64,000 nt of DNA, taken from a virus. How positions within the stretch are numbered: the first letter of the stretch is position 1; each line of letters begins with the position of its first letter. The notes under the pieces were generated by a model. That model was not told where the DNA came from. It was given only the letters and a program-made list of their open reading frames with translations, and searched no databases. Shown here one piece after another: positions 50,808 through 59,900 of this stretch. The DNA lies in IMG/VR virus record IMGVR_UViG_3300046168_000026, positions 112,265 to 176,264 of that record; one strand, 5' to 3'. Made by a program: the position numbers and the translations under genes.

Positions 50808-50858
50808 AACTTGTTTTTTAGTTTTATATAAATATGTAAATTAATTTAATGAAATTGA

Positions 50859-52496
50859 TTACCATTTTTTACAAGACCAATATCTTGCTTTATGTCTCGG
50901 TCCAGGATTATCACAATTGTGTCTTGCTCTAAATGCTTTCCTTCTTTCAGGATTATTTTTTTTGATAGACATTGTCTTTTCATTTCCCTTACCTTTGTGA
51001 CCAAAGTTTACTTTCACTACATTTCCTTTTGGATTCTTAACATAGACTTTAAACTTTTTAACATCACCTTGCATTATTTTACCAAGCTTGACATCCCTAC
51101 CTTGATACTCTGCTTCATTTATATCAGCTTTGTATTCTTTCATAAAGTTAACAAATTCTTTTATGTCTTGTTCATTTTCTACATCATATTCTTCTACTAC
51201 TGAAAATCCTTCGTAAATAGATTTAAGATACTTTAAAAAGTCTTTGTCCTTTTTCATGTCTTTAAAGTCTGGGTCTGAAAATACATTCTTGATAAAATCT
51301 CCCGCGTCTTTAGAATCTTGTCTAATTTGGTCGATTACTTTAAACATACCTTCGTTTACTGATTCTTTTACAAATCCTTCTTTGAATAAAATTTTACCTG
51401 TTCTATCTTCAATTGCGATAGTTGCTCGTGGGTATCCACCTTGCATCATTCTAAATGCTGCTGGGACTGCCATTGGTGTTTTTACTAATTCTTGTTTTAC
51501 AACCTTACCTAACATAGTTGCCACAATACTAACAGGATAACTTCCTTTTTTAGCTGCTTTATGTATGATTGCAAGACCTGTTGATTCATCTATTGATTCA
51601 TGCATATCTTCGATGGTAGCTGCCATATCACCAATAGCCATAGTTACATTTCCGTTTCTTTGATATAGATAATACTTAACACCTTTTGGATTCGCCGGAT
51701 TTTGTAGAATGATTCTTTCTACTTTTTGTTTACCAACTAAAGTTTTTCCTTTGGATACTACAAATTCCTTTTCAACTCCACCCCTCATTGATGAACCATA
51801 CTTAATCGTAATCTTATCACCTTTTTTAAGTTTATCGTAAACCTTTAATCTTTTTTTCATATCCATAGATTTAGCTTCGTTTACTGATTCTCTCATACTA
51901 CCATCATAATTCATTGCCCAATTATTGAAGTTATCAAGGATTTTAGCAATCTTTCTTTCTTCGTCTGAACCATACGGATTGTAATTCAACTTCTTTTTCA
52001 AAATATCTAATTCTTTTTGACCGAAGTTTTCGTATCCACCTTTTTGTTTCCACTTTTTCATTAACTTTTTCTTAGTGGTTGATACGGTATGATTAACGTT
52101 CATAATAGTGTAAGCACCTTCGTTTACTGATTCTTTTTTCATAAGTTTGTAAGCCATATGTCCCATCATTACGATACCACTCTTAACAAACTTATCTTTA
52201 TTAGATTGTTGTTTAAGTGCATCATATACTTGAACCATTAGGTTTGCTGAATTCATATCAACTCTTACCTTCTTACCACTCTTAGTATCTTTAATCAAAT
52301 CGTTTTGTTTATTCTTTACGATTTTTCTTAATGTAGTAATTACTTCAGGTTCTTTGGCTTCGTTTACAAATGATTTTGCATAGGGATTAGAAATCACTTT
52401 ACCTAACTCAGGTGTGAATCCATATTTGTATTCCATGAATGACTTAACATTTTGATATTCTTCTTTTATAATACTCTTGAGTTGTTTTTTATCCAT
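50859..52496 (-). CDS. Putative internal-head polyprotein with ESVNE linkers
   Basis: Dissimilar ~60-100-aa basic modules separated by SFVNE, ESVNE x3, ESIDE and DINE. Last module AEYQGR..FRARHNC..ARYWSC. Confidence 0.6.
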   Translation of the reverse strand: MDKKQLKSIIKEEYQNVKSFMEYKYGFTPELGKVISNPYAKSFVNEAKEPEVITTLRKIVKNKQNDLIKDTKSGKKVRVDMNSANLMVQVYDALKQQSNKDKFVKSGIVMMGHMAYKLMKKESVNEGAYTIMNVNHTVSTTKKKLMKKWKQKGGYENFGQKELDILKKKLNYNPYGSDEERKIAKILDNFNNWAMNYDGSMRESVNEAKSMDMKKRLKVYDKLKKGDKITIKYGSSMRGGVEKEFVVSKGKTLVGKQKVERIILQNPANPKGVKYYLYQRNGNVTMAIGDMAATIEDMHESIDESTGLAIIHKAAKKGSYPVSIVATMLGKVVKQELVKTPMAVPAAFRMMQGGYPRATIAIEDRTGKILFKEGFVKESVNEGMFKVIDQIRQDSKDAGDFIKNVFSDPDFKDMKKDKDFLKYLKSIYEGFSVVEEYDVENEQDIKEFVNFMKEYKADINEAEYQGRDVKLGKIMQGDVKKFKVYVKNPKGNVVKVNFGHKGKGNEKTMSIKKNNPERRKAFRARHNCDNPGPRHKARYWSCKKW

Positions 52497-52504
52497 GATG
52501 TCCC

Positions 52505-53272
52505 TTAGTCTATTGTTTTTGGAAACTTAGTTTTCTTAGCTAAATCTAAAAGTTTTTTTAAGTCTTCAGGATTATTTCTGTTGAATTTATCTGCGTTCTT
52601 TTTGTTTTTGAAAATTGCTGATACTTTCTTTCCGTTATCATCAATCATAATGATAATACCATTTTTACCAACATGCCTTTCATCAAATACAGATACCTTT
52701 TCTTCAATAGTCTCTTCTACATTTTCTTTTGTAGTTCTCCAACCACCACCTGCGGCTTTATATTGTTTTGCCGCCCATGCGTTTGCGTATGCTGATGGAT
52801 ATACATCAAACTTCTTTTTAGCTTGTGATTTGTAGTAAGACCATTTAGATGGATTTGTAGGAACATTCTTTTCAACAAGAACAGATAAGTTTTCTAATAA
52901 TTTGTGTTCTTTATTTAGAGATTCATTTTTAAGGTCTTCAATTTTTGAACCAAGAGGTCTGCCTATATACATTGATACAAAGAATCCGATTGCATCAAGA
53001 ATGTCGTGTCCATCCCATTTTGCGGCTGCGGCGATGTCCATTCCTTTAGACTCAAGATTATCTTCCCACTCTCTCTTACCAAAGTATTTTGCACCTTTAG
53101 CTTTTGGAAAAAGTTTATCTACTTTCTTAGATGTACTATGAAAGTTTGCGTCTGTTAATGCACCTTTCAAAATAAACATAATAGCGTGATGTGCTTCTGG
53201 TGAGGACGCACTTGTTCCTTTAAAATATGCGTCTAAGTCTTTTTTTACTTTTTTATTTAATCTTGGATTCAT
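52505..53272 (-). CDS. Putative internal-head polyprotein
   Basis: Modules separated by LLE/LVE/IEE; includes KFDVYPSAYANAWAAKQYKAAGGGW. Confidence 0.55.
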   Translation of the reverse strand: MNPRLNKKVKKDLDAYFKGTSASSPEAHHAIMFILKGALTDANFHSTSKKVDKLFPKAKGAKYFGKREWEDNLESKGMDIAAAAKWDGHDILDAIGFFVSMYIGRPLGSKIEDLKNESLNKEHKLLENLSVLVEKNVPTNPSKWSYYKSQAKKKFDVYPSAYANAWAAKQYKAAGGGWRTTKENVEETIEEKVSVFDERHVGKNGIIIMIDDNGKKVSAIFKNKKNADKFNRNNPEDLKKLLDLAKKTKFPKTID

Positions 53273-53274
53273 TG

Positions 53275-53685
53275 TTATGCCCCTGTTTTACTATTTGTAG
53301 GTTTTTTACCTTTAGTTCTGTTTCCACCTTTTTTTGCGTCACCACCTTTTTTCTGTGCCGCTCTTTTTCTTCTTACAAATGCTGCCCTACCTTTTGGTCC
53401 TAACTTATTGGCTTTCTCTTGTGATAGACATGCGGCGTAAGCACCACCTTCTTTACCATCACCACACTTACCTAACTTCTGTCCATCTGAACCATATCTA
53501 TCCCAACCACCACCTGATGAGGTGCCAGTCTTTCCTTTACCAAACCACTTACGAAGGTCTTCATTCATTAGATTCTCTGATACTAATTTTTGATAGACAT
53601 CAGAAATGGTATACTCCAATGCTAACATATGAGGTACACCATCTGTCTTGTATGACTCGTAAGTTTCTTTTATAAAGGACTTCAT
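53275..53685 (-). CDS. Basic hypothetical protein (LMNE|DLRKWFG)
   Basis: 136 aa; acidic leader followed by a very basic Gly/Lys domain. Confidence 0.55.
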   Translation of the reverse strand: MKSFIKETYESYKTDGVPHMLALEYTISDVYQKLVSENLMNEDLRKWFGKGKTGTSSGGGWDRYGSDGQKLGKCGDGKEGGAYAACLSQEKANKLGPKGRAAFVRRKRAAQKKGGDAKKGGNRTKGKKPTNSKTGA

Positions 53686-54266
53686 TTTTTAACTTCCCAT
53701 TTTTTTAGATAGTTTTCTTTAAAAAGACGAAACTCGTTATCAATCTTCTCTTCAACATCTTCCCACGACATATCGTTCCATTCTTCTATTGAACCATCTT
53801 CATTAACGAATTTCGCCTTTAATGCCGTTTTAACTGCCTGCTTTTCAATCTCGGCTTGTTTTAACCAAGACTTCATATTAGCATAAATCTTTTTTCTTTC
53901 GTACTCTTCGTATGTTCCATCAATTCTCATTTGATGTTCCATTTCAATAACACAATCGAAACACATACCATGGATTCCTCTCATGTATATATCGTTTCGT
54001 GTTGGCTTTAAGTACGAGTTACAACCTTTTTTACAATTTGGAAACTTTGTTAAGTCTTCTCTTAACTTTGAAAGTTTACCAAGTTTAACCTTGTATCCTT
54101 TCTTTTGTTCCCAAAGTGTACCTTCATCATCAGTCCATTGGTCACCAACTTCTCTTTTGACAAAGGATTTAGTCTCACCAAAACTAACATTAGTTTTTGT
54201 TTGACTTTTATGTGTTCCGGCAATCATTTCGGTGACTGCTTTTACATTTTTTAACTTTTTTGACAT
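53682..54266 (-). CDS. Hypothetical protein with Cys cluster (C...C ... CFDC)
   Basis: 194 aa; TATTTATA at 54287..54294. Confidence 0.6.
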   Translation of the reverse strand: MSKKLKNVKAVTEMIAGTHKSQTKTNVSFGETKSFVKREVGDQWTDDEGTLWEQKKGYKVKLGKLSKLREDLTKFPNCKKGCNSYLKPTRNDIYMRGIHGMCFDCVIEMEHQMRIDGTYEEYERKKIYANMKSWLKQAEIEKQAVKTALKAKFVNEDGSIEEWNDMSWEDVEEKIDNEFRLFKENYLKKWEVKK

Positions 54267-54302
54267 AACACTTGTTTAATACTTTATATAAATATACAAA
54301 AA

Positions 54303-56936
54303 TTAATAGAAAAGGCCAAGGATTTGGTTAAGAGGTGCGAATGTACCTGTTAACTTATATGTACCACCTTTATATAGGAATACAATACCCTCGTTTGGTA
54401 CTATCTTATCTCTACCACCAATACTCTTTAATCTTTCTAATTCCATTTTTAATTTTGCAATCTTTTTTGGGTCACCTGATTTCTGAACATCTTTGATTAC
54501 TTTATCTAATTGTTTCTGAATATCACGAAGTGATTTATCAGGATTAACAGTAAGTGCTGATGACATAAATGAAAGTACTTCTGCACCAAGACCTAAAAAT
54601 ATATCTTCGAATGGTTTCATATTATTCTTAGCCATTTTTGAGTGGTCTATTTTATCTGTCTTGTTTGCCCAATCTCTTGTTTTAGAATCAGAAATGTTTT
54701 TCTTATCTAATCTAAATGATTTATCATAAAACGCCCATCGTTTTACTAACCCCATTTTAGTTTTATTATCTAATGTGGTTGGTGAGTTTTTATCTACAAA
54801 ATCACTCCACCATGCTTGATGGTAATCTGCAACTCCATTAGAATCTTTTAGTTTAAATTCTTTTTGAAGTTTACTTACCTTCGATGAATAAATTGATTTC
54901 TTGTTTGATAAATCCTGACTCCTTGGTATCTTAACAACTGGCGGTCCTTGGATAGTGTAATTATCTTGAACATCGGCATTTACCTGCTTTATCATACCCG
55001 CTAATACTTTAGCGTCTGATGTATCAGCACCGATTGCCTTTCCATCTTCATTATACTCCATCGTTCCATGAAAGACTAATAGAGGTTGACCATATGGTAT
55101 TACATTTACTGACTCCGGCCATATAACTTCAAGGTTCATAAACTTTGAGCCATCCTTGAATATTTTACTTCTTTGCGCATCGGAGAGTTTTGAAATGGCT
55201 GATTCTAAATCTCTCATTGCGAAATTATACGCATCGGTCAACCCACCCCTATTAGCAAACTTATCGGCGACACCTTTGATGTCTAATGCGTTAAGTCCTC
55301 TGTCTTTGAGGTGTCCTTTATTTCTGGCAGCGATAATACCTCTATCTTTACGATATGATATAGCCAGAGCTTGTCCATCTGTTTTTTCTCTTGCAAATTC
55401 TAATGTACCTTCAAGAGCTTTTGATATGATTATTTTTAAATCACCAAATGTCAAATTTATTTCTGTATCGAATGGATGATTCATATGCCCATATGCTCCA
55501 CCTTCCATAATCATACTTTCATTAAATATATTTTGTGTTCCTGCATTTCCAACATAGGACACAAAGTATAATCGTTGTTTACCAACTTTTTTTGAAAGTA
55601 CTTGTCCTTCTTTACCTGAGTTGTCAAGTTCTTTTTTTGCATTATCAGGTTTTAAGTAAAAGTTTCTCTTTTGTTTCATTAAAGATGCTTTTTTACTTTT
55701 TGGTTTTTTCTTTTCGTCAATGGTTGGTTCGTTATCATTTCCACACTCGTGACATATATATAAGTCATCACCACCATCTTCTATTTTCCAACTATGGTCA
55801 CATTCATCACATTCAATCGTATCACCTACGATAGCTTCAAATCGTTTTAAATCTTCTTTTAGTGAAGCGGATTTACCTTGTTGTTTTTTTGTGAGGGTTT
55901 TAGGAGTAAGGTTATCTAAATCTTTTGGTTCAGCGAATTTAACAAATTCCATACCCAATCTCAATGCAACTCTTTTAATATGTTTTGCCCATTTTCTATA
56001 AGCAGGTCTACCAGTTATATCTTTACCATATCTCTTTTTCTGCCCATCCATAGTATCACCACTTGGAAAGAATGATACTTGATATCTACCAGGTCCATTC
56101 GGATAATGGGTGTTAAACGATTCCATTGAGTCTTCGTCCATTAAGTAGTTTACAATATCCCAACCTAAGTCCCCAACAACTTCTTCCATCTCTGCTTTAT
56201 AAGATTTCATATTACCATAGAATGCACCTGGCCCATCATCTACAATACCTTTACCACTTGTTGGAATTTGTGAAGCTTCATTGATTAAACTATTAATGTT
56301 AATTGATTGTAAAAAAGATTCCATTACGGATTCTACTGAGATTAATCTACCTGATACTAAGTTAAATATTTTTGGATTGAATTTACCATATACTTTTTTA
56401 AAGAATGATTTTCTTTGAGAATCACTCCCTCTCGACATTCCCTTACGAACATCAGTACCACTTATATTACCAAAAGATGGTGATACATAAACATATCCCT
56501 TATCTTTGTAACCTGTATCAACATTTCCCTTTTTATACATTGAAAAATATTTTTGATAACCAGGACTTGCTAATCTGTTTGCATCTTTTTTTCCTACGAC
56601 AGTAATAAATGCCGTTGTTTTTTCTGGAAACTTATCCATCACCTCTGATGGTGAATATGGGTTTTTAACTTGAACAATTTTATTAGAAGGGATTTTAAAC
56701 ATCGTAGTCATAACTTCTCTTTTTTCTCTGAAGTTAAATGGATGTCTTGGACCACCTTGTTTGTTTGATGTACCTATGAATACATTATTCTTACCAAACT
56801 TACTGACAAGATGTTCGTAAACTTTTGCGTGTCCAGAATGGAAGGGTTGAAATCTACCTGAGTAAACTACTACCTCTTTTTTTATATCTTCACTCAGTAT
56901 AGAGTCTACTACCCAATTTGTTAAAGTCTTTCCCAT
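54303..56936 (-). CDS. Multidomain protein: HxGH nucleotidyltransferase + Zn ribbon + KxDG ligase-like nucleotidyltransferase
   Basis: YSGRFQPFHSGH and ISGTDVR; CDEC...CHEC; GHMNHPFD..EKTDGQ..NLEVI..EGIVF..YKLTG. Confidence 0.7.
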   Translation of the reverse strand: MGKTLTNWVVDSILSEDIKKEVVVYSGRFQPFHSGHAKVYEHLVSKFGKNNVFIGTSNKQGGPRHPFNFREKREVMTTMFKIPSNKIVQVKNPYSPSEVMDKFPEKTTAFITVVGKKDANRLASPGYQKYFSMYKKGNVDTGYKDKGYVYVSPSFGNISGTDVRKGMSRGSDSQRKSFFKKVYGKFNPKIFNLVSGRLISVESVMESFLQSININSLINEASQIPTSGKGIVDDGPGAFYGNMKSYKAEMEEVVGDLGWDIVNYLMDEDSMESFNTHYPNGPGRYQVSFFPSGDTMDGQKKRYGKDITGRPAYRKWAKHIKRVALRLGMEFVKFAEPKDLDNLTPKTLTKKQQGKSASLKEDLKRFEAIVGDTIECDECDHSWKIEDGGDDLYICHECGNDNEPTIDEKKKPKSKKASLMKQKRNFYLKPDNAKKELDNSGKEGQVLSKKVGKQRLYFVSYVGNAGTQNIFNESMIMEGGAYGHMNHPFDTEINLTFGDLKIIISKALEGTLEFAREKTDGQALAISYRKDRGIIAARNKGHLKDRGLNALDIKGVADKFANRGGLTDAYNFAMRDLESAISKLSDAQRSKIFKDGSKFMNLEVIWPESVNVIPYGQPLLVFHGTMEYNEDGKAIGADTSDAKVLAGMIKQVNADVQDNYTIQGPPVVKIPRSQDLSNKKSIYSSKVSKLQKEFKLKDSNGVADYHQAWWSDFVDKNSPTTLDNKTKMGLVKRWAFYDKSFRLDKKNISDSKTRDWANKTDKIDHSKMAKNNMKPFEDIFLGLGAEVLSFMSSALTVNPDKSLRDIQKQLDKVIKDVQKSGDPKKIAKLKMELERLKSIGGRDKIVPNEGIVFLYKGGTYKLTGTFAPLNQILGLFY

Positions 56937-56973
56937 ATCTATAAGTATCTTAGATTTATTAATTAGTTATTTT

Positions 56974-59900
56974 TTATCCACAATACAAGTATCCATATAC
57001 ATTTTCCATTCTACCATTAGAATCCCATGAAGAGGATATCATACACTTAGCAACTGTATATGAAGTATGTGATTGTCTTTCTTCGTAAAGTGGACTTGAA
57101 CCACTAAATGAAGTTACCACCCACTCTGATGGTTGTTTCATTAGATAACCAGGCGTATCTGATGAACATAGTAAATCTCCTTTATTTACATCACCACCTT
57201 GGTTACACAATTTAAAACCAGGTAAAACAAATGAACCTGATTCATCCTGCGTTACACTATCCCCAATCGAAGCCACTTTCCAAATTTCTTTAGAACCTGT
57301 TTGACTTACAGGAATATAATCGCCAAATGAATCTTTTCTTGATGCGGAGTAGTATTCCTCAGGTGGGGTAAGTTCGTCTGAATCACTTGTATCATTTTTT
57401 CCTAATCCAAATCCTTCAAATTTCTGAACATAACTTAGTTCAAGTTTTTCCCACAGAATTCCAACAACATTAGTGTCTTTTGCAGTTGTGACTTTATGAA
57501 GTTCATTATTTACACCTAATTTAACCAAGTCACCAGAATTAATATCTGATGTTACATCTTTTTTGTATTGGTGTCCAAGTGTTGTTTCAAGGCCGGATGG
57601 TCCAGTCGGTGCGGGTGATAACTTAGATGATGTATTGTGTGAAAGTATTCCATTTGAAACATAGTTGTGAACTACATCTAATTCATAATTCCAAACTTCA
57701 ACTTCTTCATCAAAAGTTTCTATACTTTTTATTTTATCAATAACTAAGTTTTCACCATCGGCAACATACAACTCACCACCAACTCCAAGCTCATCTATTG
57801 CAATTGCAGAATTTGGATAATCAGGATGATATAGTAAATGTGAGTTAGAACATTTTAGTTCTTTGCCCGATTCTGTTTTTATTAAACTCCATCCTTCAAC
57901 TTTATCTCTAGTAATGTGGTCAATCGGTGACCAATCCCATTCTTTAGTTTCAAAGTTAAATACTTTGATTATATCATCGTCTTTTGTATCTTCTATATTT
58001 ATCTCACCTCTTTTAGTAATTATTTTAGTACCAGGCAATACACAACTATAACTTCCACCATATGCAGTTGAAATTGCAGTCAATTCAGTATCAATATCAT
58101 CTTCAAGGTTTGTAAATCTTGTAGCAGCATTTTTAACTGTTCCATCACTATCTCTAAATCTTGGTACTTTTAGAATTAAACCAGTTGCGTCAACACCAAA
58201 CATGGTATTAAATGCTTTTGTTGTACTACCAGACTTGAAGGTTGCGGTATCTTCAAGAATTCCTTTAAATGTTGCAGTACCATCTTGTGCAATTTTAAAT
58301 TGAGGTGCTGAAATATATCCTGAAGAACCTAATGTAAACTCACCATAAGTATCATTTGAGGTTGCCGTTCCTTTTGTTCCAATATGTGATGAACCAATTG
58401 TCCACCCACCAATAGAACCAGCTCCTGCGGTTACTGTACCATCAATGGATAATGTAGTTCCATCAAATTCAAGTTTTGGTGAACTTGTACCACCCATTTT
58501 AAATGTTCCTTTATCAAGACTTATTATAGAACCGTTGGTAGTACTTAAATTGTTAGACCTAATTGTTCCTGTCTTAATTGAATCACCACTAATTGTAGTA
58601 GAACCACCACCACCTGCGAACTCGGTAACTTTTATATAATCTATATATACCTTACCTGGTGCGTTATTATAGTTTACAAGAATCATTGGTGCAAATGCGT
58701 TTGTTGTAGTCCAAACTTGACCTGGGTCATGAATGTTTGGGTGAACGCCAGAAGTCTGGTAAGTTCCTGCAGTACCCTTAAAGTAACCTTTGTATATTAC
58801 CCATTCACCAATCGTTGGTTGTGCACCACTTGCAGCAAAGTAGTGTTGACTATTATAATTACCCCCCGTACCAGAAGTACTACCCGCAGCATTAATTGCG
58901 GTAAGTTTAGTACTACCATCTGTATGTAATGAAGATGAGAAGGCAGTTATACCTGCGTAAATGTAATTATAAGAACCTGCAGCTCTCTGTACTCTAACTT
59001 CTATTTCATATAATGAGTTTGGATTAAATGGCATAACAGTATTTGAACTAAGCCAGGCCATGTCGTCAGTACCAGAATTATTACCAATTATAGCTACTGG
59101 CCCAAAGAATTGTCCGTAGTCTGTATCTGTAATTGAATCGTTTGCGGTGATAGCTCCACTAACTAAAGCCATTCCTACACCTGAACCATCTAATTTTGGA
59201 TTTTTTCCTTGGTCTATATATGAGGGTCTTGCTTCTCGTGTTGCTGCGTTAAAGTCTTCAAAGTATAATGCTTCTGGTTGATTTCTACCTACAAGTTCAA
59301 CATCACCACTAATTTTAATATTACCATTAGAACCACTAATAGATGTTAGTCCTCTACCAAAATAAAATTCTTGTACTGCGAAGTCAACGCCTGAACCTGA
59401 TATCAATAATGTTTTAGCCGTATTGTCCCATGCGAAGTAACCTGCTCCTAATGCACCCGAACCACTACCTAAATAGAAGTTACCATCATTATCCATAAAC
59501 GCACTCATGTCGTTTATTGTAGCTGCGGCAGTTAATGTATTATGGTATCCAAGAACTTCACTATTCATTACCAACCCAGCTGGCGCGGGGAATGGAATTG
59601 CGGATAATGTATCACCTAAGAAACTAAAGTCTTGATTGTCTGCACCTTGAGCGCCTGTACTTCCTTTTGCACCTGTTGAACCTGCCGAACCTGCTGCACC
59701 TTTTCCACCTTTTCCACCTTGAGCACCTTGACCACCTTGAGCACCTTTTCCACCCTGAGCACCTGCCGAACCTTGTTTAGATTTAGAGAACGACATGGTT
59801 TTTGCAATTATTACCTTTTGTGAACCACTACCACTAATTGCATTAATTTCTAATGAACCAGAATCTTTTGTTAGGGCGGTTATCTTAAAGTGATTATGTC

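Noticed and set aside
9633-56947. Plus-strand TATAAATA as true T4-type promoters driving antisense RNA
   Set aside because: Copies sit consistently just upstream of minus-strand starts and no plus-strand genes exist, so a minus-strand promoter role fits better. Antisense use cannot be formally excluded.
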